64,000 nt of DNA. It comes from Candidatus Nomurabacteria bacterium (GTDB lineage Bacteria; Patescibacteriota; Minisyncoccia; Phycocordibacterales; UBA9973). The notes beneath the pieces were generated by a model, which was given only the letters and a program-made list of their open reading frames with translations, was not told the DNA's origin and made no database searches. Location of the stretch: positions 2,587 through 66,586 of the forward strand of contig JAPLXQ010000010.1 in NCBI GenBank assembly GCA_026395995.1, in the 5' to 3' direction. Shown here piece by piece: positions 56,801 through 64,000 of the stretch. Position 1 is the stretch's first letter. The number at the start of each line of letters is the position of its first letter. Position numbers and translations under genes: made by a program.

Positions 56801-58552
56801 ATGAAACAAAAAATAATAAATTTAATAAAAGATGCTTTGAATAAACTCGAAATAGGTGAGGTGAATTTTGTCGTGGAACATCCAGAAGATTTCAAGAATG
56901 GAGACTATTCTACGAACGTAGCGATGGTTTGTGCGAAGCAATTGAAAATGAATCCACGTGAACTTGCAGAAAAAATTTCTGCAGAAATTATGAAGCACCC
57001 CCTCCGGCTTTCAGTCACCTCCCCCTTAGCTAAGGGGGAGGGCTGGGGTGGGGGTGTTGAAAAAATAGAAGTCGCCGGCGCAGGGTTTATAAATTTCTAT
57101 ATTTCAAAAGAATATTTTCAAAAAGAATTAGCAAATATAATAACTTTAGCTGATAAATACGGATCCTCAGATTTAAATAAAGGAAAGAAAATTTTAGTTG
57201 AACATTCTAGTCCGAATTTATTTAAGCCATTTCACGTCGGGCATATGATGAATAATGCTATCGGTGAATCTATTACTCGACTCGCACATTTTTCTGGTGC
57301 GGAAGTAAAAGCTATTTCTTTCCCGTCTGATATTTCTCTCGGAGTAGCTAAAGCAATTTTTATAATTTTAGAAAAACAAATTGATGGTGAGGTTTTTAAA
57401 CCAGTAGATATCGTTGCATTAGGTGATGCTTATGTAGAAGGCACGAAGAGATATGATGAAGATGAATCTATCCATGCTCGTGTAAAAGAAATTGCTGATA
57501 ATCTATACTCTGAAAAAGACTCTCCAGAATTCAGCGCTTTTGTCGCTTGTAAAGAATTCAATATGGAATATTTTAAAAATATTACAAAACGTCTCGGTTC
57601 AGAATTTGATGGATATATTTACGAGAGTGAGGCTGGTATCATAGGTAAAAAAATGGTTTTAGAAAATACTCCTGCTATTTTTACCGAGAGTGAAGGCGCC
57701 GTCGTTTATATTCCAGAAGAAACAAAAAAATACATCAATACTGCCGTGTTTATAAACAGTCAAGGCAATCCTACTTATGAAGCGAAAGACCTCGGCCTTC
57801 TCGATTTAAAATTTGAAAAATATAATCCAGACCTTTCTATTTTTATTACAGACCATCAACAGATTTCTCATTTCGCTGTCGTTCTCGATGCTGTAGAAAA
57901 AATAAATAAAAGCTGGGTAGAGAGAAGTGTTCACCGAACACATGGACGTATGACATTCAAAGGACAAAAAATGTCTTCACGTCTCGGGGGAGTTCCACTC
58001 GTTGCTGATATTTTAGAGACAGTCCTTGCTGAAGTTTCTGAACGTACAAAAGACAGAGATACAGTAGACACACGTGAGAATCCAGAAGCTATCGCTGTCG
58101 GCGCACTAAAGTTCGCTATTCTCCGTGCTCAAGCAGGGAAAAATATCGACTTTGATCCAGATACTTCACTTTCATTCGAAGGGGATTCAGGTCCGTATTT
58201 ACAATACACTGGTGTCCGTGCAAATTCTGTACTAGCGAAGGCACCCCTCCTCAATCCTCCCCTTGGCAAATGGGAGGAAGGACTCAATAATTTAGAAATC
58301 ACCGATGTAGAAAAAATACTTGCTCGTTTTCCGGAAGTCGTCGAAAATTCTATCACTAATTGGGCTCCACATTATGTCACGACATATTTATGTGAATTAG
58401 CGCAATCATTCAACAGCTGGTATGCACATACTCAAATTATCGATGAAGCTAATCCAAATATGAATTACAATTTAGCTATCACTAAATCAGTTGCTCAAGT
58501 AATGCAAAACGGCCTTTGGCTTCTCGGCATTGAACTTCCAGAGAGAATGTAA
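56801..58552 (+). CDS. argS: Arginine--tRNA ligase with in-frame GC-rich insertion(s)
   Basis: HSSPNLFKPFHVGHMMN (HIGH), DALR anticodon-binding C-terminus; insertion 56997-57056. Confidence 0.9.
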   Translation: MKQKIINLIKDALNKLEIGEVNFVVEHPEDFKNGDYSTNVAMVCAKQLKMNPRELAEKISAEIMKHPLRLSVTSPLAKGEGWGGGVEKIEVAGAGFINFYISKEYFQKELANIITLADKYGSSDLNKGKKILVEHSSPNLFKPFHVGHMMNNAIGESITRLAHFSGAEVKAISFPSDISLGVAKAIFIILEKQIDGEVFKPVDIVALGDAYVEGTKRYDEDESIHARVKEIADNLYSEKDSPEFSAFVACKEFNMEYFKNITKRLGSEFDGYIYESEAGIIGKKMVLENTPAIFTESEGAVVYIPEETKKYINTAVFINSQGNPTYEAKDLGLLDLKFEKYNPDLSIFITDHQQISHFAVVLDAVEKINKSWVERSVHRTHGRMTFKGQKMSSRLGGVPLVADILETVLAEVSERTKDRDTVDTRENPEAIAVGALKFAILRAQAGKNIDFDPDTSLSFEGDSGPYLQYTGVRANSVLAKAPLLNPPLGKWEEGLNNLEITDVEKILARFPEVVENSITNWAPHYVTTYLCELAQSFNSWYAHTQIIDEANPNMNYNLAITKSVAQVMQNGLWLLGIELPERM

Positions 58553-58637
58553 AAATCGTTAGGCAAGACCTAGCGATTTTCAGTTTTCCACCATTACATC
58601 TTGAAAAAGTAAAATCTCAGGATTATAATTTATATTA

Positions 58638-61600
58638 ATGTACTCAATAAAACGGGCGCGTTTGTTGTTTATTTTTATCACTAGCTTTATTAGTGTTTTT
58701 TATTTTTCAGCTCATTGTGCCTTGGCTGGCACGAATGTGACTGATGATATTACTTCCAATACTACGTGGACTGTCGCAGAGAGTCCATATATTGTGAGTA
58801 CGAATTTGTATATTGCCCCCAGTACCATACTCACTATCGAGCCAGGTGTCGTAGTAAAGTTTGAAAATAATTCTAGTATAAATTCCGCCGGTGATATCAT
58901 AGCGAATGGAAATATAAATAATAAAATAACCTTCACTTCTATTTTAGATGATTCAATAGCCGGAGATACAAATGAAGATTCTGATAATACCATTCCAAAT
59001 AAAAATGATTGGGATGGTATTTATTTTAATAGCTCTCATAATTCGTCTTTTACTTATGTGAACTTTAAATATGCTACCGATCTTTTAACTACAGATACTT
59101 CAGACATTAATTTACAAAATATTGATATTTATGAAAGTAATACTGGAATTTATTCTTATGATAATAGTAATATTACAATTACTAATGCTACCGCACAAAA
59201 TATCACCAGTGATGTTTTGTTTGCTTATAATCATACTAATATATTAGTGGACAATATTACTATTCAAGATATAGATGAAGCTGCTGTTGAAATTCTTGAG
59301 GGTAGTAGGCTAACTATTAACAACTCTTCTGTTAAAAATGTTTCACAATATGGAGCTTTTTTTATTTATGGTAATAGTTTTTTGATAGGCGATCATTTAG
59401 ACGTTGAAGATGTTTTTGGTAGTTCTCAGGACACAATAGACGTAGTAAATCATAGTAATTTATTGATTGATCATTCTACTTTTAAAAATTGCCCAGGGGA
59501 TTCGTGTATAGCTTTTTATGATAGTAATAGCTATTTGAATAATCCTTCGAGTGTGAGTGCTTATAATACATTATTCGATACTGGGGCAGGGTCAGCATTT
59601 ATTACTTTTGGAAATAGCCTAGTCACCGCTAATATTCAAAACTGCACGATTAAAAATTTTGATTATTTGGGAATTAGAAATTATGGTCCAGCAGTGCTAA
59701 ATGCTATCAATAATTATTGGGGTGATGCTACTGGGCCATACCATCCAGATTTGAATCCATCTGGGCTCGGTAATGGTGTTTCGAATAATGTCGACTTTAT
59801 TCCTTTTAAGATTACTGATCCACTCATCTCTCATAATCCAGTGATATTGATACCCGGAATTATGGGCTCATATTTAAATAAAAATTTTGGTGACATGGGT
59901 GAATTGTGGCCGAATATTAATACTTTGATAACATCGATTTCTGATGATTTTTTAAATGATCTTGCTTTGCGACCAGATGGCACTGAAGATCCAGCTAAGC
60001 CAATACAAGTAGGAGATATTATTCGTAGTATCAATGTCACTCTGCCTGGAATAAATAGTGTCTCACATAGCTTTGATGGATTGATAAATGAATTGACCAA
60101 TGGTGGCTATGTAGAAAATACTGACTTGTTTGTCTTTCCATATGATTGGCGAAAAGATGATGCGGAGGCAGCGATTTTGCTCGACAGCAAAATCGCTGCC
60201 GTCCTCTCCCAGACCGGCGCCTCCAAAGTAGATATTGTGGCTCACAGTATGGGCGGGCTCGTCACGAAAAAATATATTTCTGATCACGGCGCCGGCCTGA
60301 TAGACAAACTCGTCTTCATTGGCACTCCGCACCTCGGTGCACCGAAAGCTTATAAAGTACTAACTTATGGAGATGATATGGGAATAAATTATTGGAAACT
60401 TAGTTTATTAAGTCCAAGTAGGGCAAAATATATTTCTCAAAATATGCCAGGGGTTTTTGATCTTTTGCCGAGTGAAAAATATATTAATGATAATGGGTCT
60501 TATGTGATAAATGCCAAAAATAATCCTGTGCAGAATTTGAATTATTCTGAGACGAAAGATTTTATGAATACTCAAGGACGGAATATTTCAATGTTTACAC
60601 CAGCTGAAAGTTTGCATAATGATACAGACAATTTAAATTTACTAAATACAGATGTGTACAATTTTGTTGGTTGTGGTAAGACGAAAACGATTGGCAAAAT
60701 ACGAGTGGGGAAGAAGAGAGATTGGACACACCTTGGACTGACATGGAAAGACGATGTAATTATTTCATATACGAATGGTGATGAGACAGTGCCACTGTCT
60801 TCGGCTACTAGTGTCGACGCTCTCAATGAATACTTTGTGAAAAATATTTCACATATGGATTTGCCTTCAGCGGATGGATTGAGGCAAGATGTATTGGCTA
60901 TTCTCACGGGTGCTGATTTACCGAGCTCACCAGTGGTTTTGTCTGATGTGGGTGATTGTACGACTTCTGGGCACACTGTATCTGTCCACAGCCCAGCGAC
61001 ACTCGATATTTATGATAGCTTCGGCAATCATACAGGATTGAATACTGATGGTGACATTGAGTACGGCGTTCCGGGAGTATCTTATGATATTTTTGATGAT
61101 GTGAAATATGCATTTTTACCAGATGGGCAAAATTATCGAATTGTGAACCATGCTACAGATACAGGAGGGTATAGTTTGAATATTGATAATGTGGCAAACA
61201 ATGATGACATTACAAATTCTTTTTCTTGGAATCTTGTACCATTACAGACTTTGAATACAAATACTGAAATAAATATTGGCCCAGATTATCCTGAAAATGA
61301 TTATGTATTAAAGGCCGATGAAGATGGTAATGGAAGCTTTGAGAAAACTTTTCCTTTGAATTTTGATGGCACTAGCCTGGCTGAAAAAACAGAAGAAAAA
61401 CTTCATCATTCTAGTGGTGGTAGTGTTTTATCAATATTAAATAAAAAGGATGATGATAAAAAAGAAAACCTAGAAGAAAAAAATATTTCTGAATTGAATT
61501 CCGAATCCCAAAGGTCGGTCCTTAAGAATTTGGCTGTTAAAGGACCAACCTTAACGAATTCTGTATTTAAAAGGTCGTTCCTTAAAGGAGTTCAAGGTGC

Positions 61601-61739
61601 GACCTTAATACATTTAAACCCTGAGTCTGCATCCCAAACGGCCTCTGCAATAAATTCTGGTTTTAAAATTAAAGATATTTTAATAGTTCTTTCTGTTTGT
61701 ATTTTAGCTTTTATTATTGGCAAAAAATTGGTAAAATAG
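58638..61739 (+). CDS. Large secreted protein: N-terminal right-handed beta-helix region, central alpha/beta-hydrolase (lipase/LCAT-like, AHSMGG), C-terminal repeat-containing segment and TM anchor
   Basis: Signal peptide, GxSxG AHSMGG with PVILIPGIMGS oxyanion region, C-terminal hydrophobic helix. Confidence 0.55.
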   Translation: MYSIKRARLLFIFITSFISVFYFSAHCALAGTNVTDDITSNTTWTVAESPYIVSTNLYIAPSTILTIEPGVVVKFENNSSINSAGDIIANGNINNKITFTSILDDSIAGDTNEDSDNTIPNKNDWDGIYFNSSHNSSFTYVNFKYATDLLTTDTSDINLQNIDIYESNTGIYSYDNSNITITNATAQNITSDVLFAYNHTNILVDNITIQDIDEAAVEILEGSRLTINNSSVKNVSQYGAFFIYGNSFLIGDHLDVEDVFGSSQDTIDVVNHSNLLIDHSTFKNCPGDSCIAFYDSNSYLNNPSSVSAYNTLFDTGAGSAFITFGNSLVTANIQNCTIKNFDYLGIRNYGPAVLNAINNYWGDATGPYHPDLNPSGLGNGVSNNVDFIPFKITDPLISHNPVILIPGIMGSYLNKNFGDMGELWPNINTLITSISDDFLNDLALRPDGTEDPAKPIQVGDIIRSINVTLPGINSVSHSFDGLINELTNGGYVENTDLFVFPYDWRKDDAEAAILLDSKIAAVLSQTGASKVDIVAHSMGGLVTKKYISDHGAGLIDKLVFIGTPHLGAPKAYKVLTYGDDMGINYWKLSLLSPSRAKYISQNMPGVFDLLPSEKYINDNGSYVINAKNNPVQNLNYSETKDFMNTQGRNISMFTPAESLHNDTDNLNLLNTDVYNFVGCGKTKTIGKIRVGKKRDWTHLGLTWKDDVIISYTNGDETVPLSSATSVDALNEYFVKNISHMDLPSADGLRQDVLAILTGADLPSSPVVLSDVGDCTTSGHTVSVHSPATLDIYDSFGNHTGLNTDGDIEYGVPGVSYDIFDDVKYAFLPDGQNYRIVNHATDTGGYSLNIDNVANNDDITNSFSWNLVPLQTLNTNTEINIGPDYPENDYVLKADEDGNGSFEKTFPLNFDGTSLAEKTEEKLHHSSGGSVLSILNKKDDDKKENLEEKNISELNSESQRSVLKNLAVKGPTLTNSVFKRSFLKGVQGATLIHLNPESASQTASAINSGFKIKDILIVLSVCILAFIIGKKLVK

Positions 61740-61813
61740 ATATAACTTGTCCCGTTAGAAAATCATCGGGCATAAGTAAAAAATAAACTTTATTAATTAA
61801 ATTTTCTAATGGG

Positions 61814-62161
61814 ATGGTACTTTGGATCCAAAAAACTTTTCATACAGATAAATGGTGGGGTAAAGCTATTTTCATGCTTTTAACTTATGTTGTTTATTGG
61901 TGTGTGTTTTATGGAATTTTTTCAATATTACCAAATCAACATCCAAATAATAATACTGATGTAGGAAGTAGTTTATTTTTAATTTATTTAGTAATTATTG
62001 TTCCGATTTTAAGTTTCTTTATACCTCATTACTTTAAAAAAGTTTTTTCCATAAATAAAGTTTTGTTGTATTCTTTACATCTCTTTTTTATATTAGTTTC
62101 TTTATACTTGTTCTTTATAATCGCAGCAACATCTGCAGTACAAAATATTCAAATCGGATAA
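61814..62161 (+). CDS. Hypothetical membrane protein
   Basis: ORF track. Confidence 0.3.
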   Translation: MVLWIQKTFHTDKWWGKAIFMLLTYVVYWCVFYGIFSILPNQHPNNNTDVGSSLFLIYLVIIVPILSFFIPHYFKKVFSINKVLLYSLHLFFILVSLYLFFIIAATSAVQNIQIG

Positions 62162-62165
62162 ATTT

Positions 62166-62561
62166 ATGAAAACATATGAATCATATCAAGCATTAATAAA
62201 GCCGTCTTGGGCACCACCGTCATATCTCTTTGGTCCGGTTTGGAGCTTCCTTTATATTTTGATTTTCATTTCTTTTGGGAAAGTTTTTATGATGGCTTTT
62301 GAGAAGACTATTCCATTTATCGTAGCTTTGCCATTTATTTTAAATTTAATTTTTAATATTATTTACACACCACTGATGTTTGGTTTGAAAAACAATACTC
62401 TCGCATCTATCGATATTTTGCTCGTCCTCGGTACTATCATTTGGATGATGATTGCAATTTTTCCACATATGCGATGGATTACATATATTCAAATTCCGTA
62501 CCTCCTTTGGGTTTCTTTTGCGACAGTGTTGCAGTTAAGCATTTACTTTTTGAATAAGTAA
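62166..62561 (+). CDS. TspO/MBR family tryptophan-rich membrane protein
   Basis: KPSWAPPSYLFGPVWSFLY typical TspO N-terminus. Confidence 0.75.
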   Translation: MKTYESYQALIKPSWAPPSYLFGPVWSFLYILIFISFGKVFMMAFEKTIPFIVALPFILNLIFNIIYTPLMFGLKNNTLASIDILLVLGTIIWMMIAIFPHMRWITYIQIPYLLWVSFATVLQLSIYFLNK

Positions 62562-63076
62562 TGCCTTTCAAAAAGAAAAAAGTAACAGTGAATGATGAAA
62601 TGCAGCAAAAGTATGTATACTTTTTGACTGAGCCTGTGGGTAAAAAATTTGATCCCGATTTCAAGCCAGACCTGACGCCCAAGCAAATGCTTTCCTTGGG
62701 CGTCTTTGGCGGCCGTTACCTCACAGATTGCAAAAAGGAATTCCCAAAAGAATGGTTCACTCGTGCAAAACTTTCTCCACATCATCATGATAAAAAATTA
62801 AATTATTTCGGTGTCGATGCGAGCCAGTCTTTATCAACCTGGAAGAAAAATGGATGGATTCACCCTATGGACCCGCGGGGTTGGTTTCAATGGTATTGCC
62901 GATATTATATGGGACGCAGAATTCCTGATGAAGATGCGAGACAAATAAAACGTTGGCGAATGATTCAAAGGCATACTGCGCAAATAGAAAAAAACTGCCG
63001 AGCAGGGGACATTTTCTGCCGCCCCCGCCAACGCCAAGCCCTCCTCCACTGGGCATATGATAGTAGGAAAATTTGA
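62561..63076 (+). CDS. Conserved hypothetical Trp/Arg-rich protein
   Basis: ORF track; GWIHPMDPRGWFQWYCRYYMGRR block. Confidence 0.3.
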   Translation: MPFKKKKVTVNDEMQQKYVYFLTEPVGKKFDPDFKPDLTPKQMLSLGVFGGRYLTDCKKEFPKEWFTRAKLSPHHHDKKLNYFGVDASQSLSTWKKNGWIHPMDPRGWFQWYCRYYMGRRIPDEDARQIKRWRMIQRHTAQIEKNCRAGDIFCRPRQRQALLHWAYDSRKI

Positions 63077-63108
63077 TGTTTTTGGTAATCTTTTAGTATA
63101 ATTTACGT

Positions 63109-63591
63109 ATGAATAAAATCAATATCTATATAGATGGGAATAATTTATACAGATCTGCCAAAGAGCTTGGTTTTGAAATTGATTATAAAAAATTCAGAGG
63201 CTGGCTTCGTCAAAAATACAATCCACAATTTGTGTATTTATTTATTGGACTTGTTCCAGAACGTGCAAAGTTTTACGAACACTTACAAAAATGTGGCTAT
63301 ATTCTAGTTTTTAAACAAACAATATCTGTCGGTGAAAAAATAAAAGGAAATTGTGATGCTGAGCTAGTTTTGAAAGCTGTTTCAGATTTTTATACTAAAT
63401 CTTTAGATTCTTGTATTTTAGTTACTGGCGATGGTGACTTTGGTTGCCTTGTCGAATTTTTAAAAGAAAATAAATCAATGAGTTGTATTGTGTCACCTGA
63501 TGAAAGTAAGTGTTCTATTCTTTTAAGAAATAAAAATACTGAGATATTGTTTTTAAATGAGCATTATCATAAATTCTCAAATAGAGGTTAA
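63109..63591 (+). CDS. NYN-domain (LabA/DUF88-like, PIN-like) protein
   Basis: INIYIDGNNLY...VTGDGDFGCLVEFLK; palindromic terminator 63597-63640. Confidence 0.7.
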   Translation: MNKINIYIDGNNLYRSAKELGFEIDYKKFRGWLRQKYNPQFVYLFIGLVPERAKFYEHLQKCGYILVFKQTISVGEKIKGNCDAELVLKAVSDFYTKSLDSCILVTGDGDFGCLVEFLKENKSMSCIVSPDESKCSILLRNKNTEILFLNEHYHKFSNRG

Positions 63592-63740
63592 AAAGAAAAA
63601 GCCCCCGATGCAGACGTATCTGCATAAGGGTCTCTTTCATAGTGATATAGCTATTATATACGAACGTTCGGATAGCGTCAAGCATATAGTTGGAGTTACT
63701 TTTTCTTGTATTTAAAGGTTTAAAATGCTCTAATTTTGAT

Positions 63741-64000
63741 ATGCCAAAGAATTTTAATATACGAGCAAAAGTGTGGCGATGGCCGGGGGGATGGGGGCTG
63801 GCATTTTGTGAATTTAGATAAAAAAGTCTCTAAACAAATTCGAGATGTGTATACTCGTGGTTTTGTAAAAGTATATGCCACTATCGGGCGCACGTCTTGG
63901 GATGCGTCACTCTTGCCGAGTAAAAGGGACGCCAGCTATCTGCTCTGTGTCAAAAAACTCGTCCGCCAAAAAGAAGGAATCTTTGATGGTGATATTGTTT
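63741..64000 (+). pseudogene. DUF1905-like gene, 5' part of which is split by a +1 frameshift in a G6 homopolymer; runs off window end
   Basis: Frame 0 gives MPKNFNIRAKVWRWPGGWGLAFCEFR*; frame +1 continues HFVNLDKKVSKQIRDVYTRGFVKVYATIGRTSWDASLLPSKRDASYLLCVKKLVRQKEGIFDGDIV; removing one G at 63785-63790 yields PGDGGWHFV. Confidence 0.45.

Noticed and set aside
1-64000. CRISPR arrays, rRNA genes, tmRNA, RNase P RNA
   Set aside because: I found no regularly spaced repeat-spacer arrays. No rRNA-like conserved stretches and no tmRNA or RNase P signature sequences were recognised by eye.

Overview
This is an AT-rich (~30% GC) bacterial window, densely packed with small genes. The gene set suggests, as an inference, a reduced-genome bacterium of the Patescibacteria (CPR) type. 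Evidence for that is a B12-dependent class II RNR beside a PduO-type adenosyltransferase, a pilMNO cluster, many short hypothetical membrane or secreted proteins, and three very large surface proteins.

I can support about 75 CDS, 8 tRNAs (Lys-TTT, Arg-GCG, Ser-TGA, Arg-TCT, Val-TAC, Leu-GAG, His-GTG) and several intrinsic terminators. I found no rRNA and no CRISPR array. Recognisable housekeeping genes are fpg, ruvA, rpsT, an ABC-F ATPase, nrdJ, rplS, mntH, secE-nusG-rplK, thyA-folA, glyA, dut, argS and a DEAD-box helicase.

Findings that stand out:
- **Integrative island.** A ~7 kb block between tRNA-Arg(TCT) and tRNA-Val(TAC) carries a large serine recombinase whose 3' end overlaps the tRNA-Val gene. 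It also holds an OLD-family ATPase/Toprim nuclease, two unknown proteins (86 aa and 520 aa), two small membrane proteins and a set of ~23-bp iterons. A degenerate copy of the tRNA-Val 3' end lies at the far boundary. This is the best candidate in the window for a mobile defence system.
- **HUH tyrosine transposase genes.** There are two paralogous IS200/RAYT-like genes. One sits between ~65-bp direct repeats that re-create the RuvA C-terminus. The other is bracketed by identical 28-bp hairpins.
- **In-frame palindromic insertions.** At least two families of short GC-rich palindromic elements (CCCTCTCC-loop-GGAGAGGG and AAAGGTCGGACCTTAAGAAT) are inserted in-frame into conserved genes (fpg, ruvA, rluA, argS, the PduO-type adenosyltransferase and a lipase-like protein) and into intergenic DNA. 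This resembles the Rickettsia palindromic elements (RPE).
- **dTMP synthesis/salvage block.** It contains an NT5C-like HAD phosphatase, dCMP deaminase, MazG, folA, thyA, glyA, two NDT/DNPH1-like genes, a tmk-like kinase and dut.
- **Shared palindrome.** AACTAGCTAGTT recurs with a -10 box in front of three leaderless minus-strand genes.
- **Candidate small RNA** at ~13.0 kb.
- **Broken DUF1905 gene.** A poly-G frameshift at ~63.79 kb splits a DUF1905-like gene.
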